34,378 bases of DNA from Candidatus Eiseniibacteriota bacterium (GTDB lineage: Bacteria > Eisenbacteria > RBG-16-71-46 > SZUA-252): positions 1-34,378 of the forward strand of contig JANMQV010000105.1 in NCBI GenBank assembly GCA_031370645.1, in the 5' to 3' direction. The translations under genes were made by a program, and so were the position numbers. Under the pieces are notes generated by a model. It made no database searches. It was not told where the DNA came from and saw nothing but the letters and a program-made list of their open reading frames with translations. Shown piece by piece: positions 19,430 to 28,095 of the stretch (position 1 is the stretch's first letter; each line of letters opens with the position of its first letter).

Positions 19430-20294
19430 CTAGTCCGCCTCGGCCGGCACCACGGTAATGCTGACGCGTTCGGCACGGCGCACGACGGTCACCTCGATCT
19501 CCGCTCCCACGGCGTCGCCGCCGAGATAGCGTTGTAGATCGTCGATGCCCCGAACGGGGCGCGCTCCGAACGAAAGGAGTAAATCGCCTTCTTGAATGCC
19601 GGCGCGGGCGGCCGGTCCTCCGGGAATGACCCCGAAGACGCGCACACCCGACGCCTGATCGAGCCGGTGGTACCGGGCCAAGCGGCGCCCGAGCGGCACG
19701 GTCTGTCCGGAGATTCCGATCACGCTCCGGCGAACCCGGCCAGTGCGGATCAATTCCATGGCCACCCATTGGGCCGTGTTCGCGGCGATGGCGAAGCAAA
19801 TCCCCTGGGCGGGCAGAATGACGGCCGAGTTTACCCCGATTACCTCGCCTTGTGTGTTCACAAGTGGGCCGCCGGAATTCTCCGGGTTCAGCGCCGCATC
19901 GGTCTGAATGACGTTGTCAATGAGGCGCCCCGTCTGGGCCCGCAACGTGCGTCCCAGCGCGCTGATGACGCCGGCGGTTACGGTTGCTTCGAGGCCGTAG
20001 GGATTCCCCACCGCCACGACCAGTTGGCCGACCCGGACACGCTGGGAATCGCCCAGTTTGGCGGGGACCAGGTGGGGAGCCTGAATCCGGATCAGGGCGA
20101 GGTCGGTGTCGGGATCGTCGCCGATCGGATCGGCCACCGCCCGATGCCCTTCCGAGGTGATCGCCTCGATTTTCGACGCCCCATGGACCACGTGACTGTT
20201 CGTCACGATGAAGCCGTCGGGCATCGAGGAGTTGATGATCCTGATCGGAAGCGTCGGAAGAGGGATCCGTGTCGGGCTCCGGGCGAACGAGCAT
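19430..20294 (-). pseudogene. HtrA/DegP-like trypsin-PDZ serine protease, frameshifted by an apparent internal deletion
   Basis: Frame A (ATG 20294) reads ...DQDHQLLDA. Frame B continues PDGFIVTNSHVV...DLALI...QTDAALNPENSGGPL...PDZ. The usual YSxAV...GSGSGF segment is missing and GNSGG reads ENSGG. Confidence 0.7.
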
Positions 20295-20396
20295 CCACTT
20301 GAGATGCGCCCTCGCCGCACGGGATGCAGGCCCGGGACGCCTTGAGTTCAGACGGTCCTGGATGCGGCCGCACCCTCCCTATATAGTTTCCTCGCC

Positions 20397-21275
20397 ATGA
20401 ACGAAACGATCCGCCGTCCTGACCCCACCTTCGCTTCCGAAAAATTGGAGCGTCGCAATTTCACCCTCGAACTCCCGGGCCGCGGCTCGGTGGTCGGGAT
20501 CGAGTGGAATCCCGGAGGAACGTCGGGTCGCGTCGCCATCCTCCACGGACTCGGTGAGCACGCACGCCGCTACGGGCGGGCCGTCGAAGCACTGGCCGGT
20601 CAGGGCTTCGCGGTCGAGGCGCTCGACCTCCCAGGGCACGGAGAATCGTACGGGCCCCGCGGTCACGTCGAGTCGTGGGGAGAGTATCGCGACGCGATGG
20701 AGGCCTGGTGGTCCCGCCCGCGCGAGGTCGGCGAAGCGCCGTCGGCCATCTTGGGTCACAGCCTCGGTTCGCTCGTGGCGCTCGACTTCGCGCTTCGCCA
20801 TCCGGAGCGGGTGCGCGCGCTCGTTCTCTCCGCGCCGCCGTTCGAGGTGGTGCTCCGCGCCACCATGCTGAAGGTCCGCCTCGCTCAGGTCATCGTTCGC
20901 GTCTGGCCTGGGTTCTCGCAGCAGACTACGATTCTCCCCTCGATGCTCTCGCACGACCAGGACGTCATTCGCGCGCACAACGAGGATCCGCTCATTCACT
21001 ACAAGATGAGCGCCAAGCTCTTCTTCGAATTCCAAGCAACGAACGCGGCCATGCGGGACGCGGCGTCGCGAATCACCATGCCGGCCCTCGTGCTCCATGG
21101 CGCCGGAGACGCGATTTCGAGTCCGCAAGGAAGCGCGCGATGGGTGAAGACCACTCCCGCGGGCCTCGCGGAGCTGCGCCTCTATCCCGGGCTCTATCAC
21201 GAACTTTTGAACGAGCCGGAAGGTCCACGGATCGCGGGAGAGATCGCGACGTGGTTGAAGTCTAGGAGTTTGTAA
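20397..21275 (+). CDS. Lysophospholipase / monoacylglycerol lipase (alpha/beta hydrolase)
   Basis: ILHGLGEHARRY, DLPGHGES, nucleophile GHSLG, LHGAGDAI, YHELLNEP. Confidence 0.9.
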   Translation: MNETIRRPDPTFASEKLERRNFTLELPGRGSVVGIEWNPGGTSGRVAILHGLGEHARRYGRAVEALAGQGFAVEALDLPGHGESYGPRGHVESWGEYRDAMEAWWSRPREVGEAPSAILGHSLGSLVALDFALRHPERVRALVLSAPPFEVVLRATMLKVRLAQVIVRVWPGFSQQTTILPSMLSHDQDVIRAHNEDPLIHYKMSAKLFFEFQATNAAMRDAASRITMPALVLHGAGDAISSPQGSARWVKTTPAGLAELRLYPGLYHELLNEPEGPRIAGEIATWLKSRSL

Positions 21276-22752
21276 GGAGCGCCACGGCGGCGCCCCACTC
21301 CTTCAGCAGTAGCGCGCGCTTCCGCGAACTCATCTGGGGACGGAACCGGGTCGATCGCCCCACGGCCGCCGGCGCCGCTTCTCTCCGCTCCCAGACACCG
21401 GCGCCGATCCCCGCGAGAATCGCCGCCCCGAGCGCGGTCGATTCCACCATGGCGGGGCGCTCAAGCGGGACTCCGAGCAGATCCGCCTGGAACTGCATGA
21501 GGAAGTCGTTTCGCGTGGCGCCGCCATCGACCCGAAGCGAACGGATCTTCGAGCCGCTCTCTCGTCGCATTACCTCCACCACATCTCGCGACTGAAAGGC
21601 GATCGACTCGAGCGCGGCGCGCACCAAGTGGGCGCGCGTGGTGCCGCGCGTGAGTCCGCACCAGATGCCGCGCGCGTCAGGGCGCCAGTGCGGCGCCCCG
21701 AGTCCGGCGAACGCGGGTACGAGGTAGGTCCCCGCCGTGTCGGGAACCGAACGCGCGATGCGCTCGCTCTCCTTCGCGTCCCGGATCACGCCCAGACCGT
21801 CCCGGAGCCACTGAACGGCGGCGCCCGCCACGAAGACGCTCCCCTCGAGCGCGTATGTCGATTCCCCGCGCGGTCCGCACGCCACGGTGGTCAAGAGCCC
21901 CGCCCGCGACGGCACGGCGCGTCGCCCCGTGTGGAGCATGAGGAAGCACCCGGTCCCATAGGTGTTCTTCATTCCCCCCGCCGTGACGCATCCTTGACCG
22001 AAGAGCGCCGCCTGCTGATCGCCCGCGATCCCCCGAATCGGAATCCCATCCGGAAGTCCCGGCACGCCGCGCGTCACGCCGAAGTCGCCTGTCGAGGGGC
22101 GAACTTCAGGGAGGACGGAGCGAGGCACGCCGAAGCGATCGAGCAGCGCGTCGTCCCACCGAAGCCGCCGGAGATGAAAGAGAAGGGTTCGGCTCGCGTT
22201 GGTCGGATCGGTCGCGTGGACTTCGCCCCCGGTCAGATTCCAGAGGAGCCATGAATCGACCGTGCCGAACGCCACGGAACCCGCCGCCGCCCGGCGAGCG
22301 GCGCCCGGCACGTTTCGAAGGAGCCACTCGAGTTTCGTGGCCGAGAAATAGGGGTCGAGCCGAAGGCCCGTCGCGCGCGCGATCGCCGGCTCCGCTCCCG
22401 CCTTACGAAGCGCCGCGCACCGGTCCGACGTGCGGCGGTCCTGCCAGACGATTGCCCGAGCGAGCGGACGCCCGCTCTTCCGATCCCAGAGGAGCGTCGT
22501 CTCGCGCTGATTCGTGATTCCGATCGCCGTGATCCTGTTCGACCCACGCCCGGCTCCTCCCGACGCGGCGAGCGCCGCCCGGATCGCGCGGAGGGTGGTG
22601 GCCCAGATTTCGCGGCCGTCGTGCTCCACCCAGCCCGGCTTCGGAAAGTGCTGCGGCAGCTCCGCGTACCCGCGTCCCACCACGCGGCCCCGCCCGTCGA
22701 AGAGAAGCACGGTCGTTCCGGTGGTCCCCTGGTCGATGGCGAGAATCCTCAC
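21262..22752 (-). CDS. glpK: Glycerol kinase
   Basis: GTG overlapping the glpD stop (GTGA), AGGAGG upstream; IDQGTTGT, GITNQRET, VWQDRRT, DPYFSATK, GDQQAALFG, KNTYGTG, DGGATRNDFLMQFQAD. Confidence 0.97.
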   Translation of the reverse strand: MRILAIDQGTTGTTVLLFDGRGRVVGRGYAELPQHFPKPGWVEHDGREIWATTLRAIRAALAASGGAGRGSNRITAIGITNQRETTLLWDRKSGRPLARAIVWQDRRTSDRCAALRKAGAEPAIARATGLRLDPYFSATKLEWLLRNVPGAARRAAAGSVAFGTVDSWLLWNLTGGEVHATDPTNASRTLLFHLRRLRWDDALLDRFGVPRSVLPEVRPSTGDFGVTRGVPGLPDGIPIRGIAGDQQAALFGQGCVTAGGMKNTYGTGCFLMLHTGRRAVPSRAGLLTTVACGPRGESTYALEGSVFVAGAAVQWLRDGLGVIRDAKESERIARSVPDTAGTYLVPAFAGLGAPHWRPDARGIWCGLTRGTTRAHLVRAALESIAFQSRDVVEVMRRESGSKIRSLRVDGGATRNDFLMQFQADLLGVPLERPAMVESTALGAAILAGIGAGVWERREAAPAAVGRSTRFRPQMSSRKRALLLKEWGAAVALLTNS

Positions 22753-24227
22753 GCCGTCCCCTCCTTCACCACCCGCGCCTCCTCGTCGAGCGAACGCCGG
22801 AACCGATCGAGCATTTCTCGCCTCGTCTCCTCGCTCCATCCTCGCAACACCGCCATCCACTCCGACGCCGGGCCCGAGGCCTCTCGAAGCGCCCGCGCGT
22901 CGAGCCAGAGTCTCGTACGGCGCAACAGCACGTCTTCCAACTGTTTCGCCTTTTCGAACCGCACGGCGAAGGCGACCTCCGCCTCGCGGAGGCGAAGTCC
23001 TCCGGAAAGGTTCAGCACGCGAGGATGTTGGAGCCCCATCCGGTCGATCCCCTCCGCGCGGCCGGCGCCAAGGAGCGAATCGGCGGTCGTGGAGGGCGGC
23101 CCCTTCCTGCCGTCCCGGGCGAGGATGAGGTCGACCACGTGCGCGGCGAGAGAACGGTGCGTCGTGTATTTCCCGCCGACGATGCTCACGATCCGCTCCT
23201 CTTCGAGGACGCGGTGCTCCCGCTTGTTCGCCGAAGGCGCGCCGTTTCGTGAAGCTCCTCCGGCGAGCGGCCGGACTCCGGCGAACGCCCTCACGGGCTT
23301 CACCCCGTCGCGAATCGCCGGTATCGCGCGCGCCGCTTCTTCCAGGAGGTATCGGACGTCGCGCGAATCGGGACCGACGTCGTCGGGTTCGCGATCGTCG
23401 TCCACGTCGGTCGTGCCGATCACCGTGTGCGTCTCCCAGGGAATGACGAAGAAGACGCGGCCGTCGCGCTTCGCCGTGAGAAGAACGGCGCTCGACACGA
23501 ACGATCCCTCGAGGACGATGTGCGTCCCGCGCGTGCGGCGGACAATCGGTCGCGCTTCGGCGTGGCCCATCGCGCGGACGCGGTCGGCCCACGGGCCGGC
23601 GGCATTCACGACCCAGCGGGCCTCCACCGCCTCCTCGAGTCCACGCTCCCGATCGGAGAGCCGCGCGCGCCACCCGGCGGTCGTCCGCTCCAAGGCCCGG
23701 ACTTCGCTGTACGTGCGGATGTCCGCGCCGGCGCGCTCGGCGGAGAGAGCCGTTGCCACACAGAGGAGCGCGTCGTCCATTTGCGCGTCGCGGAACAGGA
23801 ATCCACCCGTCAGTCCTTCAGGACGAAGCGCGGGCTCGAATCGGAGGAGCGGCCCGGCGTCGAACTGGCGGTGACCCGAAAGCGGATCGCGCCCTGCCAA
23901 GGCGCCATAGAGCCAGAGGCCGGCGCGAAGCATCCAGCGCGGCCGCCCCTCCCCGCGATAGACCGGAAGCAAAAACGTGAGGGGATGGACGAAGTCGGGC
24001 GCGATGCGGAGGAGGGTGGCGCGTTCCCGGAGCGCCTCGTGGACGAGCGGGACTTCGCCTCGTTCCAAATATCGAATGCCGCCATGAATCAGTTTGGAGG
24101 TGCGGCTGCTCGTCGCGCCCGCGAGGTCGCCCCGTTCGGACAGAAGCACGGAGAGGCCCCGGAGTGCCGCGTCACGCGCCACGGCGACCCCGTGAATTCC
24201 CCCGCCCACGACCAGCAGATCGAGTAT
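22749..24227 (-). CDS. glpD: FAD-dependent glycerol-3-phosphate dehydrogenase
   Basis: DLLVVGGGIHG, ATSSRTSKLIHGGIRYLE, VVNAAGPW, GTTD, AGVRPL, GGKYTT. Start placed at ATA 24227 after GGAGG; track TTG 24311 is the alternative. Confidence 0.93.
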   Translation of the reverse strand: MLDLLVVGGGIHGVAVARDAALRGLSVLLSERGDLAGATSSRTSKLIHGGIRYLERGEVPLVHEALRERATLLRIAPDFVHPLTFLLPVYRGEGRPRWMLRAGLWLYGALAGRDPLSGHRQFDAGPLLRFEPALRPEGLTGGFLFRDAQMDDALLCVATALSAERAGADIRTYSEVRALERTTAGWRARLSDRERGLEEAVEARWVVNAAGPWADRVRAMGHAEARPIVRRTRGTHIVLEGSFVSSAVLLTAKRDGRVFFVIPWETHTVIGTTDVDDDREPDDVGPDSRDVRYLLEEAARAIPAIRDGVKPVRAFAGVRPLAGGASRNGAPSANKREHRVLEEERIVSIVGGKYTTHRSLAAHVVDLILARDGRKGPPSTTADSLLGAGRAEGIDRMGLQHPRVLNLSGGLRLREAEVAFAVRFEKAKQLEDVLLRRTRLWLDARALREASGPASEWMAVLRGWSEETRREMLDRFRRSLDEEARVVKEGTA

Positions 24228-24283
24228 GACTCCCTCCCTGGAGCAATCGTCCCGCGCGCTTCCCTGTTCGCGGTGGCGGGCCG

Positions 24284-24311
24284 AGTCTAGTCGACCAGGG
24301 AACGGCGTCAA
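24284..24311 (-). promoter_or_regulatory. Putative sigma70 promoter of glpD-glpK
   Basis: Minus strand TTGACG, 16-nt spacer, TAGACT. Confidence 0.5.
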
Positions 24312-24368
24312 CCCGCCGCGGCGTCGGGCCGCCCGCGACGCGGCGTCTCGCCGTGGTATTCTCGCGCC

Positions 24369-25148
24369 ATGACGCTACCGCTGAGAGGCAAATGGGCGCT
24401 CGTCACGGGCGCCTCGAGCGGATTCGGGGAGGCGATCGCGCGGCGACTCGCGACCGATGGCTGCCACGTGGCGATCAACGCACGTCGCGCCGAACGTCTC
24501 GAGCAATTGGCGGAGGAACTCCGAACCACGCACGGCGTCGAGACCGAGATCCTGGCGTTCGACGTGCGCGATCGCGGCTCGGTCGAGCGGACGCTCGGCG
24601 CCGCCGCCGACCTACTCGACCGCCTCGACATCGTGGTGAACAACGCCGGCTTGGCCCTTGCCCTCGATCCCATCCAGGGGGGCGATCCCGCCGACTGGGA
24701 CCAGATGATCGATACGAACGTGAAAGGGCTCCTCCACGTGACGCGCACCTGCCTCCCCGGCCTCATTCGCCGGCGCGGGGGCGACGTCGTCAACATCGGG
24801 TCGGTGGCCGGGCACCAGGTTTATGCCGGCGGTGCGGTCTATTCCGCCACGAAGTTCGCGGTGCGGGCGATCTCCGACGCGCTCCGCTACGATGTCCTCG
24901 GGACCGGGGTGCGGGTCATCAACGTGGAGCCGGGACTCGCCGAGACCGAATTCAGCCTGGTTCGTTTCAAAGGCGACGCCGATCGAGCGAAATCGGTGTA
25001 CCAGGGAGTGCGGCCGCTCGCGGCCGAGGATGTGGCCGATGCCGTGGCCTGGGCGGTGACCCGGCCGTCGCACGTAAACGTGCAGCAGATCATGCTCATG
25101 CCGACCGATCAGGCTTCGGCACACGCGCTTCATCGGAGGAAACCGTAG
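24369..25148 (+). CDS. SDR oxidoreductase (YdfG-like)
   Basis: TGASSGFG, NNAGLALA, MIDTNVKG, YSATK, EPGLAETEFSLVRF. Confidence 0.93.
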   Translation: MTLPLRGKWALVTGASSGFGEAIARRLATDGCHVAINARRAERLEQLAEELRTTHGVETEILAFDVRDRGSVERTLGAAADLLDRLDIVVNNAGLALALDPIQGGDPADWDQMIDTNVKGLLHVTRTCLPGLIRRRGGDVVNIGSVAGHQVYAGGAVYSATKFAVRAISDALRYDVLGTGVRVINVEPGLAETEFSLVRFKGDADRAKSVYQGVRPLAAEDVADAVAWAVTRPSHVNVQQIMLMPTDQASAHALHRRKP

Positions 25149-25153
25149 AACCC

Positions 25154-25984
25154 ATGCGACGTCTCCTTTCCTTCGCGGTCACGGTGCTCCTACTTCTCGT
25201 CGGCGCGCTCCTTTTCGCCGGCGATCTCCCGCCCTGGAGCGACTCCACCGGGAAGGGAGAGCCGACCATCGTCCTGCTCCACGGCGCCGGCAGCGATCGG
25301 ACTCTCTGGGACCTGGTGCTCCCGGCCCTTTCCGCGTCGCACCGCGTCATCCGCGTGGAGCTACCGGGCCACGGCGCCTCGCCCATGCTCGGGGAGATCA
25401 CGGTCACGGCAGTCGCGCGCGCCATCGATCAGGCGCTCGAAAAGCAGCACGTGGAACACGCGCTCCTGGTCGGGCATTCCTACGGTGCGTGGGTCGCGCT
25501 GGAGGAGGCCGTGGCGAAGCCGAAGCGGGTGGCCGCGGTGGCGGTGATCGACATGGGTTCCTACACGCCGCAGGACACGGCGCGTACCGCCGCCCTGGAG
25601 CGTTACATGCAAGAGCGTTACACCTCACTCGTCCAAGCGATCTTCGAGGTTCTGTCGCAACGGCCCGCCGAATCCGATTCGGCGGTCGTCCAGGCGCTCC
25701 GCCTGCCGCGAGACGTCATGGTGGCCTACCTTCACGACGCGTGGCGAACCGACATGCGGGACCGAATCCGAGATCTCAAGACGCCGATCCACCTGATCGT
25801 GACGGAAGGGTCGTGGCCGGTGACGCAGCCGTGGGAGCGGGCCCGAAATCACTTCGGCTATCAGACGGCGGGGCCCGTGGAGGGTTACCGCATTCCGGAG
25901 ACGGGGCACCTCATGATGCGCGATCGCCCCGACACTCTCGTCACGCTCTTGCTGCAAATCGCGGACAGACTACCGAAGCGCTGA
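25154..25984 (+). CDS. Secreted alpha/beta hydrolase
   Basis: Signal peptide MRRLLSFAVTVLLLL; LLHGAG, LPGHG, nucleophile GHSYG, C-terminal TGH. Confidence 0.85.
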   Translation: MRRLLSFAVTVLLLLVGALLFAGDLPPWSDSTGKGEPTIVLLHGAGSDRTLWDLVLPALSASHRVIRVELPGHGASPMLGEITVTAVARAIDQALEKQHVEHALLVGHSYGAWVALEEAVAKPKRVAAVAVIDMGSYTPQDTARTAALERYMQERYTSLVQAIFEVLSQRPAESDSAVVQALRLPRDVMVAYLHDAWRTDMRDRIRDLKTPIHLIVTEGSWPVTQPWERARNHFGYQTAGPVEGYRIPETGHLMMRDRPDTLVTLLLQIADRLPKR

Positions 25985-26009
25985 GCCGGGGCGCGCGCTT
26001 CGTCATTCC

Positions 26010-26783
26010 TCAGCGCCGCTCGAGCACGTGATAGAGGTTCCCGTGCTCTCCGTATCGTTTCCACTCGAGCGGAAACGGCTCGAAGCGATCCCAGTAGATG
26101 GAGGCGATCCGAAACGGGCTCGCCTCCACGAGACGATCGAAATCCTCCTGCGTCCAATAGCGGAGGAGATGTTCCTCTTCGATCCGACGCTTCCACTTCC
26201 CACGTCGCGCGGTCACGATGCAGCGCTGGTGGCTTCGCTTCGCTTCCGCGTCCTCCCGTTCCACCGCCCAGGTGAGTGTCGTAGAGAGTCCGTTCCCATG
26301 ATTCCCCCAGGGACCGAAGCGCGCGAGTTCGGGAGGTTCTCCGCCGTAGGAAATCTGAACGATGTAGATCCCGCCCGCGCGCAGCATCTCCCCCATCCGC
26401 TCGAGATGTGACGCGAACGGCGCGTCCTCGAGGAGATAGCCGATCGAGTTGACCGGATGGAGCGCGGCGTCAAAAACGCCCAGCGCGCGAAAGGTCGTCA
26501 TGTCGCCGGCGTAGGCGGCTCCACCGTGCGGGCGGAGACGAGCGTCGGCAAATGCCGCCATCTCTTCGCTGATATCGTACCCGACCGCTTCATACCCGCG
26601 ACGGGCGAGCGCCTCAAGCAGGCGCCCCGTCCCGCAGCAGGGCTCGAGCAGGCGCCGAACGGGGCCGCGGGCGTGCTCGCGGAAACAGCGCTCGTAGAAA
26701 TCGAGTTCACGGCTCAAGTCCCATCCGAACGCGACCTCGTAGATCTCGGGACTCGAGTAGAGCGGAGCGTCGGGCGTGGTCAT
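26010..26783 (-). CDS. Class I SAM-dependent methyltransferase
   Basis: LLEPCCGTGRL motif I, GYDISEEM, GDMTTF, LRAGGIYI. Confidence 0.9.
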   Translation of the reverse strand: MTTPDAPLYSSPEIYEVAFGWDLSRELDFYERCFREHARGPVRRLLEPCCGTGRLLEALARRGYEAVGYDISEEMAAFADARLRPHGGAAYAGDMTTFRALGVFDAALHPVNSIGYLLEDAPFASHLERMGEMLRAGGIYIVQISYGGEPPELARFGPWGNHGNGLSTTLTWAVEREDAEAKRSHQRCIVTARRGKWKRRIEEEHLLRYWTQEDFDRLVEASPFRIASIYWDRFEPFPLEWKRYGEHGNLYHVLERR

Positions 26784-26872
26784 GCCGGAACTGTGGGGCC
26801 GCGGGGTCGCATCGCGCAAGAGGCTCCGTTCCCCCTACCCCGGCCGCGAATCGCGTGGTACGGTTCGGCGAC

Positions 26873-27937
26873 ATGAGCGACACCCCGCATCGCATCGGCA
26901 TTCTGTACGACGAGTGGCACGTGGATCGCGAGGCCGCCGACGCTGAGGCCAAAGCCGAAGCGTCGAACGGAGCCGCGCCGAAGCGAAAGCGCCGGCGCGA
27001 GAAGTCCGATCGCGAGGAGATTCACGACGCACTGGTGAAGCGCGGCCACGCCTGCAGCTACCTCTGCGTCGACGGCAGAGCGAAAACTCTGAAGTCGCTC
27101 GCCGGCGCCGACGTCGATCTCATCTTCAATCTCACCGAGTCGTACGCCGGCGACGACACGAAGGACGTCCACCTCGCGGCCTATCTCGAACTGCTCGGCC
27201 TTCCCTACCCCGGCTCCGGCCCCTCGGGGCTCCACCTCGCGCAGGACAAAGCGGTCGCCAAACGACTCTTCGCCTTCCACGGCATTAAGACGCCCCACTT
27301 CGCGACCGTTTATCAGGGGCGCCTCCAGTGGGCGGACGATCTCCAGTTCCCCGTGATCGTGAAGCCGAAACGGGAGGACGGTTCGATCGGCATCGAATTC
27401 AGCGCCGTCGTCGGCTCCATCAAGGAACTGATGGAACGGATCGACGCGCTCCACGCCGACCTCGACAGTCCGGTCCTGATCGAGGAGTACATCGAGGGGC
27501 GGGAGATCTACGCGGCGGTCCTCGGGAACGATCCGATGACGGCGCTCCCCCTGGTGGAACTCGACCTCGCCGGCGTCCCTGAGGGATCGCCGCGCATCGC
27601 CGGGACCGAGGTGAAGTGGGAGCGTGGAACCGAGGCGTATCAAAAAACCAAACTGAGCGTCCCCGCGCAACTTCCCGAGGCGCTCGCCCTAGCCATCCAA
27701 GAGACCGCGGTCCGTGCCTGCCGCGCGCTCGAAGTGCGCGACTACGCGCGCGTCGATCTCCGCCTCCGCGACGACGGCACTTTCTATGTGCTGGAAGTGA
27801 ATCCGAACCCCTGGCTCCACACGACGGCCGAGTTCGCCATGGCCGCCAAGAACGCCGGCCGAGACCACGGCGCCCTCATCCAGGAAATCGTCGATTTCGC
27901 TCTGGCCCGCTACCGCGGCACCGTCCTTCAACCTTAG
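26873..27937 (+). CDS. D-Ala-D-Ala-ligase-like ATP-grasp enzyme, probably not the cell-wall Ddl
   Basis: FNLTES, LELLGLPYPGS, QDKAVAK, FPVIVKP..EDGSIGI, IEEYIEGRE, DYARVDLR, LEVNPNP. Confidence 0.85.
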   Translation: MSDTPHRIGILYDEWHVDREAADAEAKAEASNGAAPKRKRRREKSDREEIHDALVKRGHACSYLCVDGRAKTLKSLAGADVDLIFNLTESYAGDDTKDVHLAAYLELLGLPYPGSGPSGLHLAQDKAVAKRLFAFHGIKTPHFATVYQGRLQWADDLQFPVIVKPKREDGSIGIEFSAVVGSIKELMERIDALHADLDSPVLIEEYIEGREIYAAVLGNDPMTALPLVELDLAGVPEGSPRIAGTEVKWERGTEAYQKTKLSVPAQLPEALALAIQETAVRACRALEVRDYARVDLRLRDDGTFYVLEVNPNPWLHTTAEFAMAAKNAGRDHGALIQEIVDFALARYRGTVLQP

Positions 27938-28095
27938 TCGCCCGGGACGCATCCAACCCCCGAGAAGCTCCCCGGGCCGCCTTGACAAGGCCCCCCGGAT
28001 TCACGGAACATCCGGCGATTCGATGTCGTAGGTGTCGCAGGCACAAACGTCGGCACGACCCCCCGGCTAGCATCCACCCACCAAGGAGAAAACGG

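Noticed and set aside
26873-27937. Calling the ATP-grasp ddl or a vancomycin-resistance ligase
   Set aside because: Diagnostic Ddl/Van motifs and dcw or van gene context are absent.
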